Assembly (NCBI GenBank): GCA_964004625.1
Contig: CAXFOB010000033.1
Location: 23,820-87,819, forward strand
Length of the DNA: 64,000 nucleotides
Direction: 5' to 3'
From: an uncultured Flavobacteriales bacterium
Lineage (GTDB): Bacteria > Bacteroidota > Bacteroidia > Flavobacteriales > BACL11
This document shows, piece after piece, positions 20,952-30,738 of the stretch. Every line of letters starts with the position of its first letter. Within the stretch, counting starts at the first letter, position 1. Both the position numbers and the translations under genes were made by a program. Under the pieces are notes generated by a model that was given only the letters and a program-made list of their open reading frames with translations, ran no database searches and was not told the origin of the DNA.

Positions 20952-22180
20952 TGAGAATTACACAATCACATAAAATCCTAGATTCTATATTACTTTCTCT
21001 GTTGGTGTTTAGTGGAGGAGGATTACTGTTTGTTCTTAATAGAAATCTATTGTCAGTTTTATTATGTGTTGTTGCAGTTTTTGCGTTATTATTTTTTGGT
21101 AAAAAGATTACAAAGAATAATTTTAATTCGTCTTTTTTCGGTATAGCAATCTTAACATTTATTGTTTTAATGAATTATTTTGCATCACCTGGAAGTCAGA
21201 TATTTTTAAAATATGGTTTCCACTTATTAAATATTACATCTTGTGTGCTAATCTATCTGCATTTTCAAAACAATAGAACAGAAAAATATTTTTTACAAAG
21301 AATAAGATTTATTCTGAAGATAATAATGTATTACTCTTTGGTTAATTTCATAGCGTATTTTTTTATAAAAGGCAATCTAACAGATATTTATGGTGGATGG
21401 AATAATGATTTTGTTACAAAAACATTTAATTATATATTTTTTTATGAACCAGAAAAAAATGCTTTCAATTTTTTTGGTATCGAACTTATTAGGAATCAAG
21501 GATGGTTTTGGGAGCCTGGAGTAAATCAGGTTTACCTTAATTTATATCTGTATTTAGAGGGCTTTGTTTTTAAACGGTCAAAATGGACTATACCTTTGGT
21601 TGTTTTTGCCATTCTTACAACATATTCAACTACTGGAATTTTTATTATGATAGTTTTATTATTTTTTATCTTTCTAAAATTAATCAGAAGAAATCCGGTA
21701 CTTTATATAATTATAGGTTCTTTAATTTTAATGCCAATATATTATATCGCTCAAACAAATATTGAAGCAAAATCAACAGAAAAAGCATCTTCTATGAACA
21801 AAAGGATTTTTGATTTAGTCCAACCTTTTTATATCGCATTAGATCATCCTATTACAGGAGTAGGATTTGATCTTGAACATTTCCAGAAATTCAGATCAGA
21901 ATATTATCTTGATGATGAAACACAATCTTTGTTAATTACAGAAACGACAGAGAAAGGTAGTTCAAATTCAATTACTTTCTTGATGGCTACGACTGGTTTC
22001 CCCGTTTCATTATTTTTAATTTATTGTTTATTTAAACAACAATTGTTTCGGTACAGGCAAGAAATTTTTATGTTTATTATTGTTGTATCAGTAATGTCAG
22101 AACCTTTACTTTTGAGGCCATTTTATTTAATTTTGATAGTTTCAGGACTAATATCAATAATTAATAAATTTACAAAATAG
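20945..22180 (+). CDS. Probable O-antigen/repeat-unit polymerase (Wzy) or ligase-like membrane protein
   Basis: About 10 hydrophobic segments. RNQGWFWEPG, LTTYSTTG and HPITGVG motifs. Located within the polysaccharide locus. Confidence 0.75.
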   Translation: MVMRITQSHKILDSILLSLLVFSGGGLLFVLNRNLLSVLLCVVAVFALLFFGKKITKNNFNSSFFGIAILTFIVLMNYFASPGSQIFLKYGFHLLNITSCVLIYLHFQNNRTEKYFLQRIRFILKIIMYYSLVNFIAYFFIKGNLTDIYGGWNNDFVTKTFNYIFFYEPEKNAFNFFGIELIRNQGWFWEPGVNQVYLNLYLYLEGFVFKRSKWTIPLVVFAILTTYSTTGIFIMIVLLFFIFLKLIRRNPVLYIIIGSLILMPIYYIAQTNIEAKSTEKASSMNKRIFDLVQPFYIALDHPITGVGFDLEHFQKFRSEYYLDDETQSLLITETTEKGSSNSITFLMATTGFPVSLFLIYCLFKQQLFRYRQEIFMFIIVVSVMSEPLLLRPFYLILIVSGLISIINKFTK

Positions 22181-22191
22181 AAAAAAGAAAT

Positions 22192-23319
22192 ATGAAAAAC
22201 ATACTAATAACAGGAGGAGCGGGTTTTATAGGTTCAAGATTATGTGAAAGATTGTATGAAAAAGATTACAACATAACAGTTCTAGATAATTTATCTCCGC
22301 AAATACATGAAAGTGGTGAATCAATTCTTTACAGAAAAATAAAAGATAAATGTACGTTTATTAAGGGAGATGTAAGGAATAAAGAAGACTGGCAAAAAGC
22401 ATTAAAAGGACAAGAGGTTGTAGTTCATCTCGCTTCTGAAACTGGTACAGGACAATCTATGTATGAGATAGAAAAATATAATGATGTCAATGTAATGGGC
22501 ACCTCAAATATGTTAGAAGTACTATCGACATCCAGCCATTTAGTAAAAAAAATAATTTTGTCTTCTTCACGTTCAGTATATGGTGAAGGAAAATATAAAT
22601 CAAACAATCAAATTATTCAATATCCAAAATCAAGAAAGATTAAAGACTTAGATCAAGGAATCTTTAATTTATTATGTGAATACACAAATCAGGACATGAA
22701 ACCTATGCCCACTGATGAAGACTCTCTAATTAATCCAAAATCTATATACGCACTAACTAAGTACACTCAAGAAAAAATGATTTTATTAATTAGTGAATCA
22801 CTATTAATTAATCCAGTGGTTCTTAGATACCAAAATGTATTTGGACCTGGACAATCATTGTCAAATCCTTACACGGGAATCTTATCTATTTTTTCTACAA
22901 GGATATTAAATGGAAATGATTTAGATGTATATGAAGATGGATTAGAAAGTAGAGATTTTGTTTATATAGATGATGTTGTTGATGCGACAATTTTAGGAAT
23001 AGAGAATGAAAGAGCTAACGGTGAGATTTTTAATGTGGGTTCAGGAGTAGCTACAACAGTAAAGGAGGTAGCAGAGTCACTTAAAAAGTTCTATAATTCT
23101 AGTATAAATATAAATATAAGTGGAAAATTTCGTTTGGGTGATATTAGACATAATTATGCAGATTTATCAAAAATAGAATCACTATTAGGATTTAAACCTA
23201 AGTATGATTTTCAAAAAGGAATAGCTGAATTTGTAAGTTGGGTACAAACTCAAGAAATAAAGGAAGATAAATATGAAAGCACTGTAAAAGAATTGAAAGA
23301 TAAAGGATTGATGAAATGA
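22192..23319 (+). CDS. NAD-dependent nucleotide-sugar epimerase/dehydratase
   Basis: ITGGAGFIGS, HLASETGTGQS, YALTK, LRYQNVFGPGQS, RDFVYIDD. Confidence 0.9.
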   Translation: MKNILITGGAGFIGSRLCERLYEKDYNITVLDNLSPQIHESGESILYRKIKDKCTFIKGDVRNKEDWQKALKGQEVVVHLASETGTGQSMYEIEKYNDVNVMGTSNMLEVLSTSSHLVKKIILSSSRSVYGEGKYKSNNQIIQYPKSRKIKDLDQGIFNLLCEYTNQDMKPMPTDEDSLINPKSIYALTKYTQEKMILLISESLLINPVVLRYQNVFGPGQSLSNPYTGILSIFSTRILNGNDLDVYEDGLESRDFVYIDDVVDATILGIENERANGEIFNVGSGVATTVKEVAESLKKFYNSSININISGKFRLGDIRHNYADLSKIESLLGFKPKYDFQKGIAEFVSWVQTQEIKEDKYESTVKELKDKGLMK

Positions 23320-24656
23320 GAAATAATCTATTTATATTTATCTTATTTTTTTTTACTTATCTATTACCAGCTCAGAAAATAAATCCTGATATTTACGGAT
23401 TTGCAACTTCTAATACTTTTACATATTGTGATGTGTCAGACACTTCATTTCTTAATAAAGTTATAGCAATAAATCCGCAAGTTTTAAGGTTTCCTGGTGG
23501 TGCTGTAGGTAATTTCTATCATTTTGGTAAGAGTGGATATGGATTTGATTTTAATGAAATTGATAAATATCATAACGGTAAATTTCCTAAAAGATCAAGA
23601 GGATTAGAAAGTTCACGTAAGAAAAAACAACATCACCAGGATTATATTGATGATTTTATTACGTTAGCAAGAAAAACACAAGCAAAAGCTGTTCTGGTTG
23701 CAAATCCTTTTGTAGAAGATGATAATGATATTATTTTTATGATTCAAAAACTTTATAAAAATAATATTGAAATTATCGGAGTTGAGTTAGGTAGTGAATT
23801 ATCAAATCGAAGTTATTTCCTAAAAGGGTACACCATTGAAGATTATATATTTTTTGCACAAAGGTGTTCTAAAAATATCAAAAAACAATTTCCTGAAATA
23901 AAAACTGCAGTTGTAGCTGCTCCATTAGGTAAAAGAAAAGATCATAGGCATAATATTTGGAATAGTAGATTATCTGCAATGAATTTTTATGATGCAATTA
24001 TTATTCATTCATATGCAAAAGTTATACAAGGAAAGGCAATAGATGGCCAAATGGTTTCTGAAGATATTGAAGGTAAAAATAAAACAGAAGAGTTTGAAAT
24101 ATATAAGAATAGAGTGATTGATTATTTAGATACAGAATATGATCGTGAAGTTCAAGAATATGTTAGTATTTATAATAAACCTATTTGGGTTACAGAGTGG
24201 AATTTACAAATGTCAAAAACTACAGGAAATACTTTATTACAATCACTATTTGTTACTCAATACCTTTTAGAAGTTTATAGTAACCCCAGCTTATCATCTA
24301 TTGAATTGACCACTTATCATAATTTGGGTGGAAGAGATTTTTCAGGCTCAATTTTCAGAAATAATAAAGAGGTCTTAGAAATACAAAGCACTTATTACCC
24401 ACTAACCTTGTTAGGGAAAATATTTGATTATGATATTGTAAAAGTTGAAAAAGAACAAAGTGAAGAAATTTTTACTTATAATTGTTTTGATGCGAATAAT
24501 AAATTAATTATTTCATATGTTATTGATTGGAATAAGAATTACTTTAGATATAGTTTAGAAGAATCATTAGATAAAGAAATCGTTCATATATATGGAAGCG
24601 AAAATTTATTTGATATGCCTAATTTAAAAGGAGAGACTAGTTTAGAAAAAGATTAA
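23316..24656 (+). CDS. Secreted clan GH-A glycoside hydrolase (GH79/GH51-like TIM barrel)
   Basis: Signal peptide. LRFPGG, VELGSE (acid/base position), DAIIIHSY, PIWVTEWN (nucleophile position). Confidence 0.7.
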   Translation: MRNNLFIFILFFFTYLLPAQKINPDIYGFATSNTFTYCDVSDTSFLNKVIAINPQVLRFPGGAVGNFYHFGKSGYGFDFNEIDKYHNGKFPKRSRGLESSRKKKQHHQDYIDDFITLARKTQAKAVLVANPFVEDDNDIIFMIQKLYKNNIEIIGVELGSELSNRSYFLKGYTIEDYIFFAQRCSKNIKKQFPEIKTAVVAAPLGKRKDHRHNIWNSRLSAMNFYDAIIIHSYAKVIQGKAIDGQMVSEDIEGKNKTEEFEIYKNRVIDYLDTEYDREVQEYVSIYNKPIWVTEWNLQMSKTTGNTLLQSLFVTQYLLEVYSNPSLSSIELTTYHNLGGRDFSGSIFRNNKEVLEIQSTYYPLTLLGKIFDYDIVKVEKEQSEEIFTYNCFDANNKLIISYVIDWNKNYFRYSLEESLDKEIVHIYGSENLFDMPNLKGETSLEKD

Positions 24657-24663
24657 ATCTTAA

Positions 24664-25671
24664 TTGGATAAAACAAAACAAATATTTATAGTTGGTAATA
24701 GTAGAAGCGGAACTACTATGATGGGAAGAATATTAGATAATCATTCAGATATTTTCACTTTTAAAGAACTACATTTTTTTGGTCAATTATGGTCTTCAAA
24801 AGATCAATCTAAAATACTCTCACAAAAACAGGCAGTTGAATTGTGTTCACGATTACTTTGCATTCAAGAGTTTGGAATCTTAAATCAGGAGAAACCAACT
24901 CAGTTTGTTAATGTGTCGGAGACGATAATCAAAAGAAGTAATTTAACTCCTTTAGAAGTATTTAAATTGTTTCTTTCTCATGTCACTAGTAAAAATAATA
25001 ATATTATTTCTTGCAATCAAACGCCTAGAAATGTGTTCTATATAAATGAAATTCTACAGAATTTTCCAAATACAAAAATTATTAACATGGTAAGGGACCC
25101 TAGAGATGTTTTACTTTCTCAAAAGAATAAATGGAGAAGAAGATATTTCGGGGCATCAGGTATTCCTTTTAGAGAGGCAATTCGTTCGTATTTTAATTAT
25201 CATCCAATTACTATTTCCAAAATTTGGAATACCTCAATTAATAGTGTGAAAACTTCAAAAAGTGATAGAATAAAAACTGTAAGGTTTGAAGATTTAATTT
25301 TAAATGATAAGTCTACTTTAATAGACCTGTGTCAATTCTTGGGAATCAAATTTAATGAGGACATGTTAAAAGTTCCTAATATTGGATCTTCTACTGGATT
25401 AGACAATAACAATCTCTTAGGGTTTGATAAAAGTAAGATTGGTAGGTGGAAAAACGGAACATTGAGTTCCTCAGAGATTTATATCTGTCAGAAAATTTGT
25501 AAACAAAATATGTATGAGAATAATTACAATCCTAAGCCATTTAGTTCTCCTCCCTTATTAATTATTATCAGTATTTTAACCTTTCCTTTTAAGATATTTA
25601 TTTCATTTCTTCTTAATTTGCACAGGATTAAAAATATTAAAGAGTTAGTAACAAAACGCATTTTAAAGTAA
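24664..25671 (+). CDS. PAPS-dependent sulfotransferase 4 (different subfamily, Sulfotransfer_3-like)
   Basis: IFIVGNSRSGTTMM, QTPRN, INMVRDPRDVLLS, VRFEDL, KIGRWK. Hydrophobic C-terminal segment. TTG start. Confidence 0.88.
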   Translation: MDKTKQIFIVGNSRSGTTMMGRILDNHSDIFTFKELHFFGQLWSSKDQSKILSQKQAVELCSRLLCIQEFGILNQEKPTQFVNVSETIIKRSNLTPLEVFKLFLSHVTSKNNNIISCNQTPRNVFYINEILQNFPNTKIINMVRDPRDVLLSQKNKWRRRYFGASGIPFREAIRSYFNYHPITISKIWNTSINSVKTSKSDRIKTVRFEDLILNDKSTLIDLCQFLGIKFNEDMLKVPNIGSSTGLDNNNLLGFDKSKIGRWKNGTLSSSEIYICQKICKQNMYENNYNPKPFSSPPLLIIISILTFPFKIFISFLLNLHRIKNIKELVTKRILK

Positions 25672-26532
25672 ATGAAAGTCGGAATTTTTATAGTAGGAAC
25701 TCCAAAAGCAGGAACAACTTCCTTATATCATTATCTAAATGAATTTCCTGAAATTTTAATGAGTTCTGAGAAAGAGCCAGACTATTTTTCAGTTAAAGAG
25801 ATATTGGAGCAGGGATTATACTATGGAGAATCTAAAATTGATTCTTTGATAAAATACAATAATTTATTTTCCAAAAGAGATAAAGAACAATTTTTTGGAG
25901 AGGCCTCTGTATCTTATTTATTTTATCCTGAAGTATCAACAAGGATTAAGGCGTATAATCCAGAATCTAAAATAATTATAATGCTCCGAAACCCTATTGA
26001 AAGAGCATTCTCACATTATTTAATGGATTATAGATTAGGATTAACTTCCAAAAGTTTTGAAGAAGAATTTAAGAATCAGGAAAGTTTAAATTTTCAACAG
26101 TATTTCTTATTAGGAAATTACTATAATCAGGTAAAAAAATATCTAAAAGTATTCGAAACTAAAAATGTTCATATTATATGGTATTCAGACTTTAAACAAA
26201 ATGCCGAAAAGGAATTGCAAAAAGTAATTGATTTTATTGGTTTGAAATCAGATTTTAAAGTTGATTTGAGCAAAATTCATAATAGCTTTAGTATGCCGAG
26301 AAATAATATAATCAGAAAAATCTATTCAGTGGCTTGGCTCAGAAAAATCCTTACTTTTATTTTCCCCGAAACATTAGGAAACTCGATAAAGTCAATATTA
26401 TTTCGTAAAGGAAAAAAACCAAAATTATCTGAAGAAAATAGAAACATATTGTTCAGTTATTACAAGTCAGATATTGAAGATTTAGAACAGTTATTATCCG
26501 TAAATTTAAGTAGATGGAAAAAATTGGATTAG
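25672..26532 (+). CDS. PAPS-dependent sulfotransferase 5
   Basis: FIVGTPKAGTTSLY, KEPDYF, GEASVSY, IIMLRNPIERAFSHY. Confidence 0.92.
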   Translation: MKVGIFIVGTPKAGTTSLYHYLNEFPEILMSSEKEPDYFSVKEILEQGLYYGESKIDSLIKYNNLFSKRDKEQFFGEASVSYLFYPEVSTRIKAYNPESKIIIMLRNPIERAFSHYLMDYRLGLTSKSFEEEFKNQESLNFQQYFLLGNYYNQVKKYLKVFETKNVHIIWYSDFKQNAEKELQKVIDFIGLKSDFKVDLSKIHNSFSMPRNNIIRKIYSVAWLRKILTFIFPETLGNSIKSILFRKGKKPKLSEENRNILFSYYKSDIEDLEQLLSVNLSRWKKLD

Positions 26533-27422
26533 TGACAATAACATATAATTCTGCAGATGTAATTAGAGGTTTTTTGGAGTCTACACTTTCTCAAACATTT
26601 CAAAATTTTGTTATTTATATCATTGATAACAACTCCCAGGACATGACTCTTAAAATTCTGACAGAATATACGGATAATAGAATAAGGTTAGTAAAAAACA
26701 AGAAAAATGTTGGAGTTGCAAAAGCAAATAATCAAGGTATATTATTAGCATTAGAGGATAATTGCAGTCAAGTTCTCATCATTAATAATGATGTGGAATT
26801 TGAAAGACAACTGATTGAAAAAATGCTGCAAGTTCAACAGGATAATAAGTGTTCCTTAGTTGTTCCAAAAATGATGTATTTTGACAATCCTAATTATATT
26901 TGGTATGCTGGAAGTACATTTATTAAAAAGAAGGGATTTCTTCCAGTTCATAATGGGATAAAACAACAAGATATCTCTCAGTTTGATGGAGTTTATCCAG
27001 TAGAATACGCTCCCACATGTTGTTTATTGGTAAAAAAAGAAGTATTTCTGGATGTTGGTATGATGGATGAAAAATATTTTGTATATTTTGATGACACTGA
27101 TTTTTCTTACAGAGTTTTAAAAGATGGAAGACATAAATTATTCTTTTTTTCTGATACTAAATTTTATCACAAAGTAGGGAGTTTAACAAAGTCGGTAGAA
27201 AAAGAAAATAAACAAGAATATAGAGGAGATTTTTTTATAAAGCAAAATACAAGAAATCATATATATTTTCTTAAAAAAATTGGAGGTTTTTATGCTTATC
27301 TTTTTATATTATTCTTATTCTTTAAGAATAATATAAGATTTATAATAAATCCTAATTTTAGAAAAAATCTACGTACTTGGAAGTTAATAAATAAATCGTA
27401 CTTTGAAGGGTTGATAATGTAA
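26514..27422 (+). CDS. Glycosyltransferase family 2
   Basis: VTITYNS, IIDNNSQD, NVGVAKANNQG, INNDV, MDEKYFVYFDDTD. Confidence 0.9.
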   Translation: MEKIGLVTITYNSADVIRGFLESTLSQTFQNFVIYIIDNNSQDMTLKILTEYTDNRIRLVKNKKNVGVAKANNQGILLALEDNCSQVLIINNDVEFERQLIEKMLQVQQDNKCSLVVPKMMYFDNPNYIWYAGSTFIKKKGFLPVHNGIKQQDISQFDGVYPVEYAPTCCLLVKKEVFLDVGMMDEKYFVYFDDTDFSYRVLKDGRHKLFFFSDTKFYHKVGSLTKSVEKENKQEYRGDFFIKQNTRNHIYFLKKIGGFYAYLFILFLFFKNNIRFIINPNFRKNLRTWKLINKSYFEGLIM

Positions 27423-27423
27423 A

Positions 27424-28572
27424 ATGAAAGAAAAAATTGCGATAATTGATTCACTAGGAGCTCATGGGAGTTCATTTCATTTCTATGTTTTTGGACAAGC
27501 AAAAGGATTGTCAAAATCTGGATTAGATGTGTCTATTTACACAAATAATGTTACCAACAACCCTCATTATGAGAGAGTAAAATTTTATCAGTATTACAAG
27601 AATATTTTTGCGTCAAATTCAAAATTAATTTCTGGTTTCAGATATATTTGTGGATCACTTTTTTCCTTATTTCACGCAAGATTTTCTGGAGTTAAAATCT
27701 GTAACTACCACTTGTTTCATGTAAATGTTTTGGTATTGTTTGATTTCTTACTTACAAAAATGTTAATGATGAAAGTTGTGTATACTATTCATGATGTTAT
27801 TAGTTTTGAGAATGCAAACTCTTCACAAAAGATAAGTAATTTTATATATAATAATGCGGATAAAATTTTAACCCATAATAATTTTTCGAAAGAAATTTTC
27901 ACCAAAAAATATAATAAAGTATTAACGGAAATTGATATTGTTCCACATGGAAATTATCTCCCATTTTTAAATATAAAAACAGATAAACTAAAATCAAGAG
28001 CACGATTACGAATCCCGAAAGATAAAAAAGTATTGTTATTTTTTGGGATTATAAAACAAGTAAAAGGATTAGAAGTGTTACTCAATGCTTTGAAAGATGT
28101 AATATCTGTAAATCAGGATATAATTTTGGTAATAGCTGGTAGAGTTTGGAAGAATGATTTTTCAATTTATCAGAAAATAATTGATGATAATAATCTATCA
28201 GATTATTGCATAATTCATAATAGATGGATTCTACATGAAGAGGTGAATGATTATTATGCTTCTGCGGACTTGGTTGTTCTTCCTTATAAAAGAATTTATC
28301 AGAGCGGAGTGCTTTTAATGAGCATGAGTTATGAAAGAGCAGTATTAGTTTCAGATTTACCTCCACTAACAGAGGTTGTACAGGATATGAAAACAGGTTT
28401 TGTTTTTGAGTCAGAAAATCCCAAGTCACTTTCAAAGAAATTAAACATAATCTTTGCAGACACAAATAAATTAGAAGAAGTTCGTGTTAATGGTTTTAAT
28501 TATATAAAGTCCAAATATAATTGGTTAGAAATAGGAAAAGAAACGAAAAAAAGTTATCAATCTATTTTGTAG
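27424..28572 (+). CDS. Glycosyltransferase family 4
   Basis: VYTIHD, VPHG, LFFGIIKQVKGLE, DLVVLPY...QSGV. Confidence 0.9.
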   Translation: MKEKIAIIDSLGAHGSSFHFYVFGQAKGLSKSGLDVSIYTNNVTNNPHYERVKFYQYYKNIFASNSKLISGFRYICGSLFSLFHARFSGVKICNYHLFHVNVLVLFDFLLTKMLMMKVVYTIHDVISFENANSSQKISNFIYNNADKILTHNNFSKEIFTKKYNKVLTEIDIVPHGNYLPFLNIKTDKLKSRARLRIPKDKKVLLFFGIIKQVKGLEVLLNALKDVISVNQDIILVIAGRVWKNDFSIYQKIIDDNNLSDYCIIHNRWILHEEVNDYYASADLVVLPYKRIYQSGVLLMSMSYERAVLVSDLPPLTEVVQDMKTGFVFESENPKSLSKKLNIIFADTNKLEEVRVNGFNYIKSKYNWLEIGKETKKSYQSIL

Positions 28573-28597
28573 TATATTAGCACATAATAAACAAAAT

Positions 28598-29170
28598 ATG
28601 AAAAGTAGAATTGAAAATTTCATACAAGCATCTATAAAAGTAAAACAGAAAATGCTTTCCTCAGAAGATATTTTAGATTGCATTGAATTAATTGTGTCTA
28701 AATCTGTTATAGCTTTTAATAATGATAAAAAGATGCTTTTGTGTGGAAATGGCGGTAGTGCTTCTGATGCTCAACACATTGCGGCTGAATTGAGTGGTAG
28801 ATTTTATAAAGATAGAAAGGCACTTTTTGCAGAAGCTTTACATGTAAATTCTTCATTTGTTACAGCAGTAGCAAATGATTATGGATATGATAATATTTAT
28901 TCTAGGATGGTTGAAGCCGCGGGAAAAAATGGAGATATTCTCATTGGGATTTCCACGTCTGGAAACTCTAGAAATGTGGTAAATGCTATTAAAAAAGCAA
29001 AGGAAATAGGAATGATTACAATTGGGTTCACAGGTGCTAAATTTGGAGAAATGGATCAATTATGTGATATAATTATTAAAGTTCCTACTTCTGACGTCCC
29101 AAGAATTCAGGAATCCCATATTTTAATAGGACATATTATTTGTCAACTTATTGAAGAGAAATTGTTTTAA
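28598..29170 (+). CDS. gmhA: Sedoheptulose-7-phosphate isomerase
   Basis: CGNGGSASDAQHIAAEL, ANDYG, GISTSGNS, RIQESH. Confidence 0.93.
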   Translation: MKSRIENFIQASIKVKQKMLSSEDILDCIELIVSKSVIAFNNDKKMLLCGNGGSASDAQHIAAELSGRFYKDRKALFAEALHVNSSFVTAVANDYGYDNIYSRMVEAAGKNGDILIGISTSGNSRNVVNAIKKAKEIGMITIGFTGAKFGEMDQLCDIIIKVPTSDVPRIQESHILIGHIICQLIEEKLF

Positions 29171-29670
29171 TGAATTTGAAAGAATATACGACACTTTTTT
29201 TAGATAGAGATGGAGTAATTAATTATAAAATTGATGGATATGTTCAGTATTTTTCTGAATTCAATTTTATTGAAGGAGTATTGGAATCGATCTCAGATTT
29301 AACGGATTATTTTGATAGGATAATAATAGTTACAAATCAGCAGGGAATTGGGAAACAATTAATGACTGAGAAGGAACTTCTTGAGTTGCACTCAGAAATG
29401 TTAAAGGAAATAGAAAAAAATGGAGGAAAGATTGATAAAATCTATTATTGTCCACATTTAGCAACTTTAGATTGTAATTGTAGAAAACCAGAACCCGGTA
29501 TGCTAAAAAAAGCAAAGCAAGATTTTAAAGAGATAATATTTGAAAAATCAATATTATTAGGAGATTCAGATACAGATATTGAAGCTGCAGAAAAGGTAGG
29601 TGTACAATCTGTTAAAGTATGTTCAAAATACACCTTGACACACTGGACTAGGGATTTCTTATTAAATTAG
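29170..29670 (+). CDS. gmhB: Heptose 1,7-bisphosphate phosphatase (HAD-IIIA)
   Basis: [22 protein letters not shown]...CNCRKP.PGM, GDSDTD. Confidence 0.88.
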   Translation: MNLKEYTTLFLDRDGVINYKIDGYVQYFSEFNFIEGVLESISDLTDYFDRIIIVTNQQGIGKQLMTEKELLELHSEMLKEIEKNGGKIDKIYYCPHLATLDCNCRKPEPGMLKKAKQDFKEIIFEKSILLGDSDTDIEAAEKVGVQSVKVCSKYTLTHWTRDFLLN

Positions 29671-29701
29671 TATCTTTACTGCCCCAAAAAGTAGAACTAA
29701 A

Positions 29702-30736
29702 ATGAAAAAGGCAATAATCACAGGTATAACCGGACAGGATGGAGCCTATTTAGCAGAGCTTTTGTTAAATAAAGGTTATAAGGTGTATGGTGCTTATAGA
29801 AGAACAAGTTCTCAGAATTTCTGGAGAATTGACTATTTAGGAATCAGAAATAATCCTAATCTGAGGCTAGTTGAGCATGACTTAATTGATGCAGCTAGCA
29901 CTATCAGAATGGTGTCTGAAATTAGACCTGATGAAATATATAATCTTGCTGCACAAAGTTTTGTACATGTATCTTTTGACCAGCCTTTAGCTACAAGTAT
30001 GATTACTGGTATTGGAGTAACTCATTTACTAGAAGCTATCAGAATTGTAAATAAGGATATAAAATTTTACCAAGCTTCAACCTCAGAGTTGTATGGTAAA
30101 GTTCAGGAAGTTCCTCAGAAAGAAACAACCCCATTTTATCCAAGGAGTCCGTATGGTGTTTCAAAATTATATGCACATTGGATGGTGACAAATTATAGAG
30201 AGTCTTACGACATGTTTGCATGTAGCGGGATTTTGTTTAATCATGAATCTCCATTAAGAGGAATGGAATTTGTAACTAGAAAGATATCAGATAGTGTAGC
30301 TAAAATTTCTGAGGGTTTACAAGATTGTTTAGAACTTGGCAACTTAGATGCGAGTCGGGATTGGGGTTATGCTCCCGAGTACGTAGATGGAATGTATAAA
30401 ATGCTACAACATGAGAAACCAGATTCCTTTGTACTTGCAACTAGCAAAGCGTATACTGTTCGTCAGTTTGTAGAATTTGCATTTAATGTTGGTGGGATTG
30501 ATATAATATGGGAAGGAAGTGGAATATCTGAAATAGGAATTAATTCAAAGACTGGAAAAACAATTATTAAAGTAAATAACGATTTTTTCAGATTATCTGA
30601 GGTTGATGCTTTGATAGGTGATTACTCAAAAGCTGAGAAAGAATTGGGGTGGGTTCCTATGACTAATATTAAGAATCTGTGTCAGATTATGGTAGAATCA
30701 GATTTACAAGCTTTAAAAACTAATCTAAAAAGCTAA
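29702..30736 (+). CDS. gmd: GDP-mannose 4,6-dehydratase
   Basis: [51 protein letters not shown]. Confidence 0.95.
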   Translation: MKKAIITGITGQDGAYLAELLLNKGYKVYGAYRRTSSQNFWRIDYLGIRNNPNLRLVEHDLIDAASTIRMVSEIRPDEIYNLAAQSFVHVSFDQPLATSMITGIGVTHLLEAIRIVNKDIKFYQASTSELYGKVQEVPQKETTPFYPRSPYGVSKLYAHWMVTNYRESYDMFACSGILFNHESPLRGMEFVTRKISDSVAKISEGLQDCLELGNLDASRDWGYAPEYVDGMYKMLQHEKPDSFVLATSKAYTVRQFVEFAFNVGGIDIIWEGSGISEIGINSKTGKTIIKVNNDFFRLSEVDALIGDYSKAEKELGWVPMTNIKNLCQIMVESDLQALKTNLKS

Positions 30737-30738
30737 TC

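Noticed and set aside
22192..23319. Cys-poor insertion in the epimerase as a sign of pseudogenisation
   Set aside because: The frame is intact and the GxxGxxG and YxxxK motifs are preserved.
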